Origin: Candidatus Poribacteria bacterium
Lineage (GTDB): Bacteria > Poribacteria > WGA-4E > PCPOR2b
Length of the DNA stretch: 64,000 bases
Assembly: GCA_965215015.1 (NCBI GenBank)
Contig: OZ244042.1
Location: forward strand, 4,256,001-4,320,000
Direction of reading: 5' to 3'
The translations under genes were made by a program, and so were the position numbers. Shown one piece after another: positions 20,219 to 30,768 of the stretch; positions within the stretch are counted from its first letter, which is position 1, and each line of letters starts with the position of its first letter. The notes under the pieces are model-generated. The model saw nothing but the letters and a program-made list of their open reading frames with translations, made no database searches and was not told the origin of the DNA.

Positions 20219-21334
20219 ATGCCAATGTTATTCAAATTCTGGTTTCGTCGGTTGCGCCGTGCAAGCCGTAACCGTCACATTCGGCGCATTACAGTAGCGG
20301 GACTCATCGTTCTGGGTTCCATCATCCTCAATTCCGTATGTTTCTACTTCTTTGAAAAATCAGCGAAAGCGGATCTTACACTTTGGGATTCTTTCTGGTG
20401 CAGTTTTACGACCATAACGACTGTCGGCTATGGGGACTACTCCGCAGCAACGCTCGGCGGACGGATTGCAACGATGGTTTTGCTATATGGGGTTGGACTG
20501 GCTTCGTTCCCCTATGTGATTACTCAAATTGTGGACACAAGCGTGGAAAGGCACAACGATCGACGGCACGGATTCATTGATTGCCGTGATCTTGTTGAGG
20601 ATCATATTATCATCGTCAACTATCCCTCCGAATTGAAGGTCTCCGCAATTATAGAGCAGCTTTCGTCGGATGTAATCACAGCACACAAGCCCCTCGTTAT
20701 CTTGGCGGATAATATCGATGAGTTGCACTTCAACCGTTCCGATGTTTACTTTGTGCGGGGTGGCCCATTACAGGAAGATTCATGGAAAAGGGCAAACATT
20801 GAGATGGCATACGCCGCGCTCATCCTCGCGCCACGGATTGAAGAACACGCGGCTGATGCAATTACAGCCTCGACGGTTTCACTCATTGAAACACTCCAAC
20901 CGAAGGTTCGGACCATAGCCGAATGCACCAGTATCCAACACTTGGCTGTCTTCCGATCTTTCCGATGTGATGCTGTGATTCCCACGAATAATATTGCCGC
21001 AAAAGTATTAGCGCAAGAGGTACGCGATCGTGGGCTTGCTCATGCAGTCCGAGAATTGTTGACCGAAGCACAAGGGAGTGAGTTGTATAGTGAAACCATT
21101 GATATTGATGGAATAAACTTTGGCAATCTGCAATCCTTACTTCTGAAACTGAAAGCGGAAGTTATTCTGATTGGCATCCTCAGAGACAACCAGCACATGA
21201 TTAACCCGTCGTTAGACCTCCAGATTCAGCGGACGGACCGATTAATCCTTATTGGCAATCGTCGTAGCGATTGGGAGCAAATCCATAACCAGTTGTTAAG
21301 TGTCAGAGGTAATTTGACGCAAGTTGCTAGATAG
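20219..21334 (+). CDS. Potassium channel (2TM pore plus RCK domains)
   Basis: TTVGYGD selectivity filter followed by HIIIV RCK-type domains. Confidence 0.93.
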   Translation: MPMLFKFWFRRLRRASRNRHIRRITVAGLIVLGSIILNSVCFYFFEKSAKADLTLWDSFWCSFTTITTVGYGDYSAATLGGRIATMVLLYGVGLASFPYVITQIVDTSVERHNDRRHGFIDCRDLVEDHIIIVNYPSELKVSAIIEQLSSDVITAHKPLVILADNIDELHFNRSDVYFVRGGPLQEDSWKRANIEMAYAALILAPRIEEHAADAITASTVSLIETLQPKVRTIAECTSIQHLAVFRSFRCDAVIPTNNIAAKVLAQEVRDRGLAHAVRELLTEAQGSELYSETIDIDGINFGNLQSLLLKLKAEVILIGILRDNQHMINPSLDLQIQRTDRLILIGNRRSDWEQIHNQLLSVRGNLTQVAR

Positions 21335-21553
21335 CCTGTTGCACAAGCAGTGATTCATCAATCTATCGTGTATCACTCCAATGCGACATAGATCATCCCA
21401 CTGAGGTTTAAGCAAGTCGCGATTCGGAGATCGCCTGACAGATTAGGAAACTGGTCCCACTGGAAACCGTGTACGTTGTTTGCAGGAGGGAGTTCCGATT
21501 CCCGACTCTTACATCAGTTTCTTTGCACGATTTCTTAACATGAGCCGAAATCG

Positions 21554-22033
21554 CTATGACCCCGGCCGAAAAAACGTTACCAGACAACCGCCGATTGCTG
21601 CTAACACGATGCCGAGGACAAACTGCCAACGTAAAGCCCCCCAGCCTCCTGCAGGCGGATGTAACGCTGTCGCCACCAGTGCGTTGACAATCGGTGCGCC
21701 GGCGAAAACGATGGACATAACCACAGGGGGGGTGCCTTTTGCTCCAAATGCTAAGAGGACGCCGAACGCCCCCACCGCACCCACAAGTCCCGCCAGCGTT
21801 GACCAGACTAACCCCTTCGCCGGAAAACTCCATTGTGCACCGTTGACCACCAACATAATCGCCGATCCGATGACCGCTGTCAATAGATAGGCAATCCCAA
21901 CGAAGAGAAACGCTTTATACCGTCCATGCACCGGATCACTCATAGATATCTGTCCCGTATGCAGAAAGACACCGTAGAGTCCCCACGATGCAACAGTCAT
22001 AAGTGCAAATATTAACCAAGTCATACGCATCAA
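21554..22033 (-). CDS. Small multi-TM membrane protein (DMT/EamA-like)
   Basis: About 5 Gly/Ala-rich hydrophobic helices; WGLYG motif. Confidence 0.7.
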   Translation of the reverse strand: MMRMTWLIFALMTVASWGLYGVFLHTGQISMSDPVHGRYKAFLFVGIAYLLTAVIGSAIMLVVNGAQWSFPAKGLVWSTLAGLVGAVGAFGVLLAFGAKGTPPVVMSIVFAGAPIVNALVATALHPPAGGWGALRWQFVLGIVLAAIGGCLVTFFRPGS

Positions 22034-22043
22034 AATCCTCCTA

Positions 22044-23333
22044 TCAGCGGATATACTTTTGATAAATAGCCAGAGTTGCTTCTGCCATCACATCATCGCT
22101 AAATCTGCGATGTACTGCTTCCTTGCCTTGCTGCCCTAATTGTTCTCGGTAGCCTCGATCACCCATGAGTTGAAATATCCCTTCCGCAATAGCGTTGGGT
22201 GATTCGGTGTCTACCAATATGCCCCCACCGGTCGCTGCTACCAATTCGGGGAAGGTGCCGTGGCGTGGTTGAACGACTGGAACGCTATTGGCAAGTGCCT
22301 CTAAAATGAAAAGCCCCTTTGGCTCTTTATATGTGGTCGGTACAGATAAGACATGGAGACTGTTGAGGAAGTCAATTTTTTGGCGACGATCGACTTCGCC
22401 CCAATAGTCAAAGGCTTCTGACAAGCCCCACGCATCGATCTGTTTGACCAGCTGCTCGAGATACGGCTCATCTTTTTTTCCGAGGTAACCGGCGACCTTG
22501 AGTTGAACGTTATCCGATCCGACCCTATCTGTCAAGCGGTAAAACGCATCAACCAACAGATGCAGTCCTTTCTCAGGACAGATGCGGGCTAAATACCCGA
22601 TAACAAAGGGGCTTTCATCGAGCTCCTTTTGATGGACCCCGTGATTGCTCAAATTCAAACCGAGAGGCACCACATCAATTTTGTTCGTTGGAATGTCCAG
22701 ATACTCAGCCATGAAGTCAGCATAGTATTGGCAGGGGGCGATATACCCATCTACCTCAGAGGCCCGCGCTTGCAGTAGTTTCAAGGCTTGTGATTTGTAA
22801 GGTTCGCTGAGGTCTTCGAGAAAAATATCCTCCCCCTGGAGGGCGCAGAGAATTGGAACTCCTAACGCTTTCTGCATCTCCCTGGCGAATCCCACGAACA
22901 TGGAATTGGTGAGTTGAACCAGATCGGGTTGATAGGAATCTTTCAGCCATTTGACCAGTTTTGCCAGTTCCTTTTTCTGCTGTCCTTCTTCTCCCTGAAG
23001 CACCGAGACAGTAAGGGCGCCGAGGTCTTGTGCACTAGTAGACGCACTGAAACGGGATAATCCGTTCAGCAGCGAGGGAGTATCGAATAACCGATCAAAC
23101 ATCCAAGGGGTATAGCGGAATAACGCTGACTTCTGCTGGAGATATACATTAATTCCGCCATAAAAAATGCGATTCATGCTAACATCGGCTTCGTCGGTAC
23201 GGATGGGCGTGTAGGTTGGAATCAAGGCAACGTCGTGCCCCTTCCTTTGCAACACCGCGGCAAGCGTATTATCATGAATACAGGTGCCACAGTACATGCC
23301 TGCGGCCCCTGCGGCGATATAGGCAATTTTCAT
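22044..23333 (-). CDS. Glycosyltransferase family 4 with N-terminal CxxC
   Basis: GYLARICPEKG and EPKGLFILEALA (E-x7-E); MYCGTC at the N-terminus. Confidence 0.9.
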   Translation of the reverse strand: MKIAYIAAGAAGMYCGTCIHDNTLAAVLQRKGHDVALIPTYTPIRTDEADVSMNRIFYGGINVYLQQKSALFRYTPWMFDRLFDTPSLLNGLSRFSASTSAQDLGALTVSVLQGEEGQQKKELAKLVKWLKDSYQPDLVQLTNSMFVGFAREMQKALGVPILCALQGEDIFLEDLSEPYKSQALKLLQARASEVDGYIAPCQYYADFMAEYLDIPTNKIDVVPLGLNLSNHGVHQKELDESPFVIGYLARICPEKGLHLLVDAFYRLTDRVGSDNVQLKVAGYLGKKDEPYLEQLVKQIDAWGLSEAFDYWGEVDRRQKIDFLNSLHVLSVPTTYKEPKGLFILEALANSVPVVQPRHGTFPELVAATGGGILVDTESPNAIAEGIFQLMGDRGYREQLGQQGKEAVHRRFSDDVMAEATLAIYQKYIR

Positions 23334-23563
23334 GATGCGTCAAACATAGAATGTAAAACGTGAAACAGAAATGGATTCCTGAACTTATTTGTAGGTTCCC
23401 CTCGTTCTGGACTGCCAGGTCCAGAGCAATTTTTGGATATGTTAATTCAACGGAGATGTGGAAGATTTTTAGCAACTTGTGAACCTATTTTCTCCGCTGC
23501 TAATGGGAAAAATTTCTAAATTGCAGTTGGATCTAGCAATCTACTTAGTTTGCCCTCCGAGGT

Positions 23564-24376
23564 TCATGGGAGTAAGGCTTCGACGATTGCCAGGAGCTCG
23601 GCTTTCTCGCCGTTAGCGATATCTTCAGATAGGCGAGCAGCAGCAATAGGGAGCTCCCAACGAGCAACCGCTTTACGTGAAACTGACCGTATCTGCGTAT
23701 AACGTTCCAGATAAGCCTGATAGAATAGATGCCGCATCTCGGCAATTTTTTGGCGACGTGGCTCACTTGTGCCAGGCGGTAATACACTGCCTCGAAGGAT
23801 TAAGATTGTGCGAGCAACATCCGCCAACGGGGTTCCTTGGGCGGCGTCCACCCAATCAATAATAACAGGTCCCTCAACCGTTAGCAAGATGTTATCTGGA
23901 TGAAAGTCACCGTGGCAGATAGCATTGTCATCCTGAAACTGATTCAGATTGGTCAAGATGGCTGCTTTCGTCTCTTCGGTTAATGCCGCTGCGTTTTGAA
24001 TTTTACGCTGTATCAGTTGTCGCTGCAAAGGCAGCTTGGATGCAGTGCGCGTGTGCATGTCAACCTGCAATTCTGCTAGGAGATGCGCGTATGAGATGAG
24101 TTTCTGAGGATTAGCGAGTATATCTTCTAGCATGGTTACGCCGTGAACCCTCTCAAAAATGACACCTTGACGGTTTTCAATGATGATGGTATCAATAACG
24201 GCTGGCGTATTCAGGCCAGCACCATGCGCGATAGAGGCCCGGGCGGCTTCCTGCTCGGCTTCGCCAAGTGGATAGCCGTCTCGGTACAATTTGAGAATTT
24301 TATCCTTATCCCAGTCGAAGATTTCGGCGGTTCCTCCTTCGGCAATGCGTGGATGCTTGATCATAGATAACTTCAT
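23564..24376 (-). CDS. APH/choline-kinase-like phosphotransferase
   Basis: CHGDFHPDN and IIDW motifs. Confidence 0.88.
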   Translation of the reverse strand: MKLSMIKHPRIAEGGTAEIFDWDKDKILKLYRDGYPLGEAEQEAARASIAHGAGLNTPAVIDTIIIENRQGVIFERVHGVTMLEDILANPQKLISYAHLLAELQVDMHTRTASKLPLQRQLIQRKIQNAAALTEETKAAILTNLNQFQDDNAICHGDFHPDNILLTVEGPVIIDWVDAAQGTPLADVARTILILRGSVLPPGTSEPRRQKIAEMRHLFYQAYLERYTQIRSVSRKAVARWELPIAAARLSEDIANGEKAELLAIVEALLP

Positions 24377-24614
24377 CTCTTTGTCGCAACCTATTTAATG
24401 ATTCCCAGACATTCATACGTGCTATCTGGTGATGTATCCTAATTTCTTTGCCAGCTTTTCAGATGTAGAGCTACCGGTATCGCTACACTCTCCAATACTA
24501 AGAGGGAAATGTGAAAACAATTTATTCCTTGGTTCATGAGCGAATTAATGAACCGAGGAGCTCTTGAACAATGTGGAATCGTCTCCCTCACCAACTCGCA
24601 CCAAAGGTTCTATA

Positions 24615-26636
24615 TCATCTCTCCCTGTTTGGCACGGAAATTCTTGAACGCCAGTTAAAAAAAACGATAGCTGCAACGGTGATAAATGCGACTAGCTGTC
24701 CCCAGCCGGAATGGGTAAAAAAGAAAAGCGTGGCGGCGGCAAGTAACCCCACCCGTTTCCACAAATTAAGCGGTGCGAACCAGTGACCGGAAACACTTGC
24801 AGCCAGTGCAACAGTTCCCAAAACAGCGATTAGAACACTTACCGTGATAGCGAGCAAACCGGCGGTGCCTCCACCTGAGGGTAACAGTAACAACTCCGGC
24901 CTCAAGACAAAGGCGTAAGGGAGCGCAAATCCGACCAACGCAAATCGAAATGCAGCAACCCCTGTTTGCATGATACCAGCACCTGCAATGGCTGCCGCCG
25001 TATACGCTGCCAAAGCGACCGGCGGCGTCACCATCGCCATCATGCCAAAATAAAAGATAAAGAGATGGACAGCAAGTGGAACCAATCCTAAATCGCTCAA
25101 TACCGGTCCAACCAATGTCGCCATGAGCAGGTAACACACCGATGATGGCAATCCCATCCCAAGGATGATTGTCGAAACCATCAAGAGGCTAAGTGCAAGG
25201 AGGCGACTGTTTTCCGCAAGGGGTAAAAGGGCTCCCGGTAGTTTCGAGCCAATCCCTGTCAAAGTAACCACACCGAGGATTAGTCCCACGCAAGAAGCCG
25301 CCGCAATCAACGAAACGCCTCCATGTGCTGCCTTTTCCATCGCTTCCAACATTCGACGCATCCCAACCCAAATCTGTCTAGTGAGAAGCAGGAGTGTGTT
25401 TCTAATTAGCGTTCCGATGGACGAAACATCACTGCGGATAACCTGTTTGATAATATCCCAAACCCCACGAATGCCTACCAAGATCAGGATGGTAAGCAAA
25501 CTGAGGCTGACCGCTCGAAATGGCGTATAACCAAGCAGCAAAAAGAGGGTAAGCGTGGTAAACGCCACCAAAAAGACAAATCCTTCTATCCCGGTCTGCG
25601 ACTGAGGGGTTTCAGTCGCGCTTTCTTGGGGAACTTCGGCTGATGCCCCCACCCGCTTGGCATAAAAATGGACAATCAAGAGAAGTGCAGTATAATAAAG
25701 AGCCGCAGGGATTAGGGCAGCCTTGATGATTTGCAGATAGGTCACTGCCGGCTCGACAATTTCCAGCATCATGTAAGCACCCGCACCCATGATTGGCGGG
25801 ACCAATGCCCCACCTGAACTCGCCGCGGCTTCTATACCTCCAGCAACTGCCGGTCTGAACCCGGAACTTCGCATCATTGGGATGGTGAAGGTGCCGGTGG
25901 TGGCAGTATTGGCGACAGCACTGCCAGAAAGCGAGCCCATTGCTCCGCTGCTGACAACGGCAACCTTGGCGGGACCGCCAACGCTCGCACGAAACAAACG
26001 TCTTGCAAAATTGATGATGTAGCCGGTGGATCCTGTTTTCTCCAGTAATGCTCCAAATAGAACAAAGAGGAACACGTAGGTAAACATGACCTTCAAGGCA
26101 ATGCCAAACACCCCTTGGCTGTGTAGAAAGGTCTGGCTGACAATGCGTTCCCAAGAATAACCTCTGTGTGGAAATAGCCAATCGGGCATCGATTGACCGA
26201 AAGCGGCATACGCCAAAAAAGCCAGGGAGAGGACACAAAGGGTCAGGCCGATAGCGCGTCGCGTCGCTTCCAAGACAAGGAGTAGCCCCAATAACCCAAT
26301 GACATAATCCGTGGTAGTTCCCATCCCCGCCCGATCCCCAAGCCGTTGACCGTCAATCCAAAACCGTTTGAAAACGGGTTCCGTTTGAATGAGGATATAA
26401 CCAAAGCCAATCACCGCCGCGAAAGCAAAAACAAAATCTAGGATCTGGAATACAATATATCCTTCAAGCCGACGGTGAATGGGATATTTGAGGAAAACGA
26501 GGACTAAGCCTAACATGGCGAAAATCGCCAGTTGGGCTTGGGGTGAGAGTTGGGGATAGTTGACCTCCGCCAGGATAAATACACTGAGAAGGGCGGCGCA
26601 CGTCCGAAAGAGGATTTGCCGAATATGTTGAAGCAT
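24615..26636 (-). CDS. TRAP transporter fused permease (4TM/12TM, TAXI type)
   Basis: GGPAKVAV, SGSAVAN, PPIMGAGAY, LGMGLP and VTPPVALAAY motifs. Confidence 0.92.
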   Translation of the reverse strand: MLQHIRQILFRTCAALLSVFILAEVNYPQLSPQAQLAIFAMLGLVLVFLKYPIHRRLEGYIVFQILDFVFAFAAVIGFGYILIQTEPVFKRFWIDGQRLGDRAGMGTTTDYVIGLLGLLLVLEATRRAIGLTLCVLSLAFLAYAAFGQSMPDWLFPHRGYSWERIVSQTFLHSQGVFGIALKVMFTYVFLFVLFGALLEKTGSTGYIINFARRLFRASVGGPAKVAVVSSGAMGSLSGSAVANTATTGTFTIPMMRSSGFRPAVAGGIEAAASSGGALVPPIMGAGAYMMLEIVEPAVTYLQIIKAALIPAALYYTALLLIVHFYAKRVGASAEVPQESATETPQSQTGIEGFVFLVAFTTLTLFLLLGYTPFRAVSLSLLTILILVGIRGVWDIIKQVIRSDVSSIGTLIRNTLLLLTRQIWVGMRRMLEAMEKAAHGGVSLIAAASCVGLILGVVTLTGIGSKLPGALLPLAENSRLLALSLLMVSTIILGMGLPSSVCYLLMATLVGPVLSDLGLVPLAVHLFIFYFGMMAMVTPPVALAAYTAAAIAGAGIMQTGVAAFRFALVGFALPYAFVLRPELLLLPSGGGTAGLLAITVSVLIAVLGTVALAASVSGHWFAPLNLWKRVGLLAAATLFFFTHSGWGQLVAFITVAAIVFFNWRSRISVPNRER

Positions 26637-26669
26637 AATGGTGAAATGAGGAGCGGGTATCGTAATCTA

Positions 26670-27416
26670 CTAAAGAGGACGGATCCAAATATTACGGTAT
26701 CGGACAGGATCGCCATGGTCTTGGAGCATCAACGGGCCTCGAGCGGGATGCGGCTCGTCATACGAGGGTGCTCGTCTGTGACCTGTTGGGCCCATAGCTG
26801 CTCGGTGGTTTTGCACCAATACACCGTTGTGGACCACAGTGATATAGGCTGGACTGACCAGTTTCTGTCCGCCAAAACGGGGTGCTGTGAAGAAAATGTC
26901 GTATGCCTGCCATTCGCCGGGCTTACGGCAGGCGTTGACCAACGGCGGATACTGTCCATAAACTGCGGCTGTGATTCCATCTGCATAGGTCGGATTGTCG
27001 TAACCGTCAAGTACCTGAATCTCGTAGTTGCCCATCAGAAATACACCACTATTGCTACGTCCCTGACTATCACCCTTGACCTCTGCCGGCACAACCCATT
27101 CAAGGTGCAGTTGACAGTTGTCAAAGTGTTCCTTGGTCTCGATGTTGCCGGTGCGAGTGACTTCCATATAACCGTTTTCGACCTTCCACTCGGCTTCCCC
27201 ATCGCGCCCGGTCCACTTTGACAGATCACTGCCATCAAAGAGAACGGTTGCGTCCGATGGCGGTTGCCCTGGTGTTTCTTGCGAACTTTCAGTGCCGGGG
27301 GTGATAATTCGTGGTTGAGGTCGTGTTCCATCGTGCACCCGCCATTCTGAACCCGGTATTATCGGTGTGTCGTCATAACCGGTGGGAGCCTTGTTTGCCG
27401 GTGATTGTTGTGCCAT
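26670..27416 (-). CDS. DUF1080 (3-keto-disaccharide hydrolase-like) protein
   Basis: LFDGSDL, QLHLEW, NSGVF, YEIQVLD, LQDHG and YRNIWIR motifs. Confidence 0.9.
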   Translation of the reverse strand: MAQQSPANKAPTGYDDTPIIPGSEWRVHDGTRPQPRIITPGTESSQETPGQPPSDATVLFDGSDLSKWTGRDGEAEWKVENGYMEVTRTGNIETKEHFDNCQLHLEWVVPAEVKGDSQGRSNSGVFLMGNYEIQVLDGYDNPTYADGITAAVYGQYPPLVNACRKPGEWQAYDIFFTAPRFGGQKLVSPAYITVVHNGVLVQNHRAAMGPTGHRRAPSYDEPHPARGPLMLQDHGDPVRYRNIWIRPL

Positions 27417-27481
27417 AGTTAAATCTCCTCATATGGTATATATCAGTTTCAAACCTATTTCATCATTGTTCCTTACTCTTC

Positions 27482-28537
27482 TCAACCTCGCGATTGCTGT
27501 ACCCACATATCAAGCTGCCGTAGTGCTGGCTCCGATTTTTCCCACATCGCGCGTTTAATCGGAGAGTGGACTTTGATGTAGCTAGCGAAATTTGAACGTT
27601 GCGCTCGAAATGCTTCCTTGAAGGCGATCACTCCAACATTGTCAGGGGGCGATGCCCCAAAATCAACCCACTTATAGCCCGCTTCACACGCCCATTTAAT
27701 AATATAATGCACAAGTGCGTTATTAGGACGATATTCCCAGAATTCAGGGACAGAAGCACCGACCCACAAAGCTACGGTGCGATTGAAATGGAGGTAAAGC
27801 AGTCCAGCAATGATTAATCCACTATACTTGGCAATTGCAAGCTGTAAGATGTTGCTCCGTAAGAGAGACTTGAGCAAGAGCAACGGTTTAGGAGTTTCTC
27901 GTAAACGTCTCTGCGTAGTAAGATAAATTTCATAAAAAGACTCGAGATCACTGATACTATTTGTGTTGTAAACCGTCACCTCGGTTCTTGCTGCCTTCCT
28001 AATCGCCCCGCGCACCTGTCTATTGTAAGCTGCCCAAATAAGATCATAATCTGAATGGATTTCCAACAGATGCGTAAAGCGGTCCTCATGCTTCTGATAC
28101 CCTGCTGCAATCAGCTTTTGTCCGTAAAGTTGTGTCTGACTCGGTGACAGAGTAAAGACCGTTTCACATAGATTCCCTTCCTCCACGAATGGATCTAACT
28201 GTGTATTAATATTTCTGAGCAGGAGATCGAAATCCACTGCTGACTCACGGTTGAGTTGGATTCCCCCAAACAGATTCCAAGGCATCGAATGCAGCATTTT
28301 AATCCCGCGAATCGGCTGAAATACGAAAGCAGGCAGCCCACCAATTATAGTATCGTTCTCGTTAATCAAAAAATAAAGGGGCGTTAACTGCTTAAATGTA
28401 TTTGCCAATGCTTCGCGCCACGCAATCGAATGAAATGGAAGGCTATCCGGACACGCTTTGAGAGTTTCCTCCCACCAGCCTGCGTTTTCGTGATTTAGTA
28501 GTTCAAGTGAATACATAACACTGCTAGCATCAATCAT
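27482..28537 (-). CDS. FemAB-like double-GNAT protein
   Basis: PFHSIAW, VRGAIRKA, PNNALV, VDFGAS..GVIAFK motifs. Confidence 0.85.
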   Translation of the reverse strand: MIDASSVMYSLELLNHENAGWWEETLKACPDSLPFHSIAWREALANTFKQLTPLYFLINENDTIIGGLPAFVFQPIRGIKMLHSMPWNLFGGIQLNRESAVDFDLLLRNINTQLDPFVEEGNLCETVFTLSPSQTQLYGQKLIAAGYQKHEDRFTHLLEIHSDYDLIWAAYNRQVRGAIRKAARTEVTVYNTNSISDLESFYEIYLTTQRRLRETPKPLLLLKSLLRSNILQLAIAKYSGLIIAGLLYLHFNRTVALWVGASVPEFWEYRPNNALVHYIIKWACEAGYKWVDFGASPPDNVGVIAFKEAFRAQRSNFASYIKVHSPIKRAMWEKSEPALRQLDMWVQQSRG

Positions 28538-28964
28538 CGGTAATACGCGATCAAGGAATTAGTTGATTCCACCTTGTTTATACCTAATGTGAGAGACTCT
28601 GACGACAATGCCTGCAGCTTTTAATGTAGTCAAGGAGGCATACTGCCGAGCTGACAGCGGATAAGCCGAGGTTACCTCAGCCAAAGCCCTCGCATCAATT
28701 TATGCCCATTTGTTTCATTTTGAACTATCATCTGATATAGTAACCTGCTTTACATTTTTGGCGAAACGTATAACTCATTATATCTGAAATCACTAGATTT
28801 CGCAAGTGTTCTATCGTGTAAATACAGGGCAATTAGCATATGATAATGGCAATGTACTCGTAGCCACAGAGGCTACCCTCGATTCATCGGAAATCTGCGT
28901 TCTACCAACTTTTACCTTGTTATTAGGCTTGCCGTGTGATAAGATGAGAGAATCACATATAGGT

Positions 28965-29229
28965 AAGAGTTACGCACTTGAGTTTGTAGTAGCACAATTC
29001 ATTGTGCCTCTTTAAGGGAGTCGGCATACGCTGTATGCCGACTCCCTTCCCCCCGCAAGCAGGAGGAGGGCACGTGGAGCGGGCCTACTACTGTCGGATG
29101 AATCGCAGTTGCCCAATGAATCGGGCGGCGTGAGTCGTATAGATAGATACCAACACTGTCGAGTGACACACCCAGTATTTGATGGATCGCCGCCCTACGA
29201 GGGTTTGAACGTTCAACTGCATCAGTCCT
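28965..29229. mobile_element. MITE-like element, family 1, copy A
   Basis: Ends AAGAGTTACGCA...TGCATCAGTCCT; homologous over most of its length to the reverse complement of 62081-62323. Confidence 0.75.
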
Positions 29230-29264
29230 AATTAGAAAAAAACCAGCCAATTGAGGGATGGGTC

Positions 29265-29939
29265 ATGGCAAAACGCAACGGGTTTTCAAAACTGGCAAAA
29301 TTGCTAATTCGTTACCCCACCCAGGGGCAAAGAGAAAAGCTGAAGCAGCTTTTACTACAAAACTACACACAAGAAAATCTTATCGAGTACTTAACGCACG
29401 AAGTCGGTCCAACACGACAGGCGGCGGCTTATGCGCTCGGTATAATTGGCAACATGGAGGTAGTCTCCCCGTTAGTGAAGGCCCTTCAACACAGCGATCC
29501 AGATATGCGTTCCAATGCAGAACAGGCGTTATGGGCAATCTGGTTCCGCTCAGGCGAGCAATCCGTTGATGATATGCTCCAAAAAGGTGCCGAACATATT
29601 AAAACAGAACGGTATGCAGAAGCAGTTAACCTCTTGACAGAAGTCACCCAGATAGCTCCCGAATTCGCCGAAGGATATAACCAAAGAGCAATCGCATATT
29701 TTATGCTGGAAGAGTGGGAGCAGTCCATCGATGATTGCAAAAAGGCGGTTACGCTCAATCCGGTCCATTTTGGCGCGTTTGCGGGGATGGGGCAATGCTA
29801 TCTACGGCTCGGAAATCTGCAAGAAGCACTAGAGGCTTTCCAGCAATCATTAGAGATTCATCCAGGCCTCTATGGTGTCGGACATACGATTTTACAAATT
29901 CAGGATGCGTTGCAAGAGCAAGTTAGACAGAGGCGTTAG
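29265..29939 (+). CDS. HEAT-repeat plus TPR protein
   Basis: RQAAAYALG/ALWAIW HEAT-like part, then 3 TPRs (PEFAEGYNQRA, HFGAFAGMG). Confidence 0.85.
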   Translation: MAKRNGFSKLAKLLIRYPTQGQREKLKQLLLQNYTQENLIEYLTHEVGPTRQAAAYALGIIGNMEVVSPLVKALQHSDPDMRSNAEQALWAIWFRSGEQSVDDMLQKGAEHIKTERYAEAVNLLTEVTQIAPEFAEGYNQRAIAYFMLEEWEQSIDDCKKAVTLNPVHFGAFAGMGQCYLRLGNLQEALEAFQQSLEIHPGLYGVGHTILQIQDALQEQVRQRR

Positions 29940-29947
29940 AAAATGAA

Positions 29948-30742
29948 ATGCGCCATATACGCCGCTTTGAAAATCCAATCCTCAGTCGAGTGATACGCCA
30001 ACGGTGGAAATTCAGCAAGATTTGTTTTGCCCTCATTGTACAGAGCGTTCTATTGCTGGTCATCTGTCAACTCCTATTTCTCGCAAAGCTAGGGCAGTTC
30101 ATAGATCTCATTTTCTTGTCTGAAGCTCTACTCGTCCTGATTGTTGCGCCATATCTGGCATGCAGCACACTCAATAAACATTTTGCACCTCTCCTATCAA
30201 GTGATCTTTTCCAATTGAGTCGAATCAACCCCCGATGGGTTTCGGTGAGCATCATACTGGGCAGCCAAATTTACACCTTCTGCTTCCTTGGGCTCACAAC
30301 CCTTGTCCTTACAATTCTCATACCATCAATCAGCGACGTAACCTATCTTGAAATGGTTCAACTGCAGCTGGTTTTTGGAATTTACGTCATTGTGGCTGCC
30401 TCGGTTGGCGGATTGTGGTGGCGCGTTTTTCGCCACGAAATCTTTGCAACAGAAGCGACATATCTAGGATGGAGCCTCCTAATCGGTGGTGTGTTTCTGC
30501 TGTCACCGTTAGACCGTTATCTGGAAAATCTCGAACCCATCATCCCACCGTTTCTGCATCTCAATCCACTAATTGCTGTGTGTCACTTACTTGAACTCGA
30601 TGTGTTTAGAACACCACACTTATACGAACTAACACCGATCCCATCATACCTATTTGTCTACCCGTCATGGTATATTATTTGCGGCTGGCAAATACTGATT
30701 GGAATCTGTTGCGGTGCATTGGCATGGTGGAAGTGTGTCTGA
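29948..30742 (+). CDS. Multi-TM membrane protein (ABC-2 permease-like)
   Basis: About 6 hydrophobic helices and a LNPL motif. Confidence 0.65.
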   Translation: MRHIRRFENPILSRVIRQRWKFSKICFALIVQSVLLLVICQLLFLAKLGQFIDLIFLSEALLVLIVAPYLACSTLNKHFAPLLSSDLFQLSRINPRWVSVSIILGSQIYTFCFLGLTTLVLTILIPSISDVTYLEMVQLQLVFGIYVIVAASVGGLWWRVFRHEIFATEATYLGWSLLIGGVFLLSPLDRYLENLEPIIPPFLHLNPLIAVCHLLELDVFRTPHLYELTPIPSYLFVYPSWYIICGWQILIGICCGALAWWKCV

Positions 30743-30768
30743 ATTTTTGGACTGCAGGAGTCTACACT

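Noticed and set aside
28590-28700. Structured RNA upstream of the GNAT gene
   Set aside because: Only one short hairpin (GCCGAGG-tta-CCTCAGC) and no family match; insufficient support.
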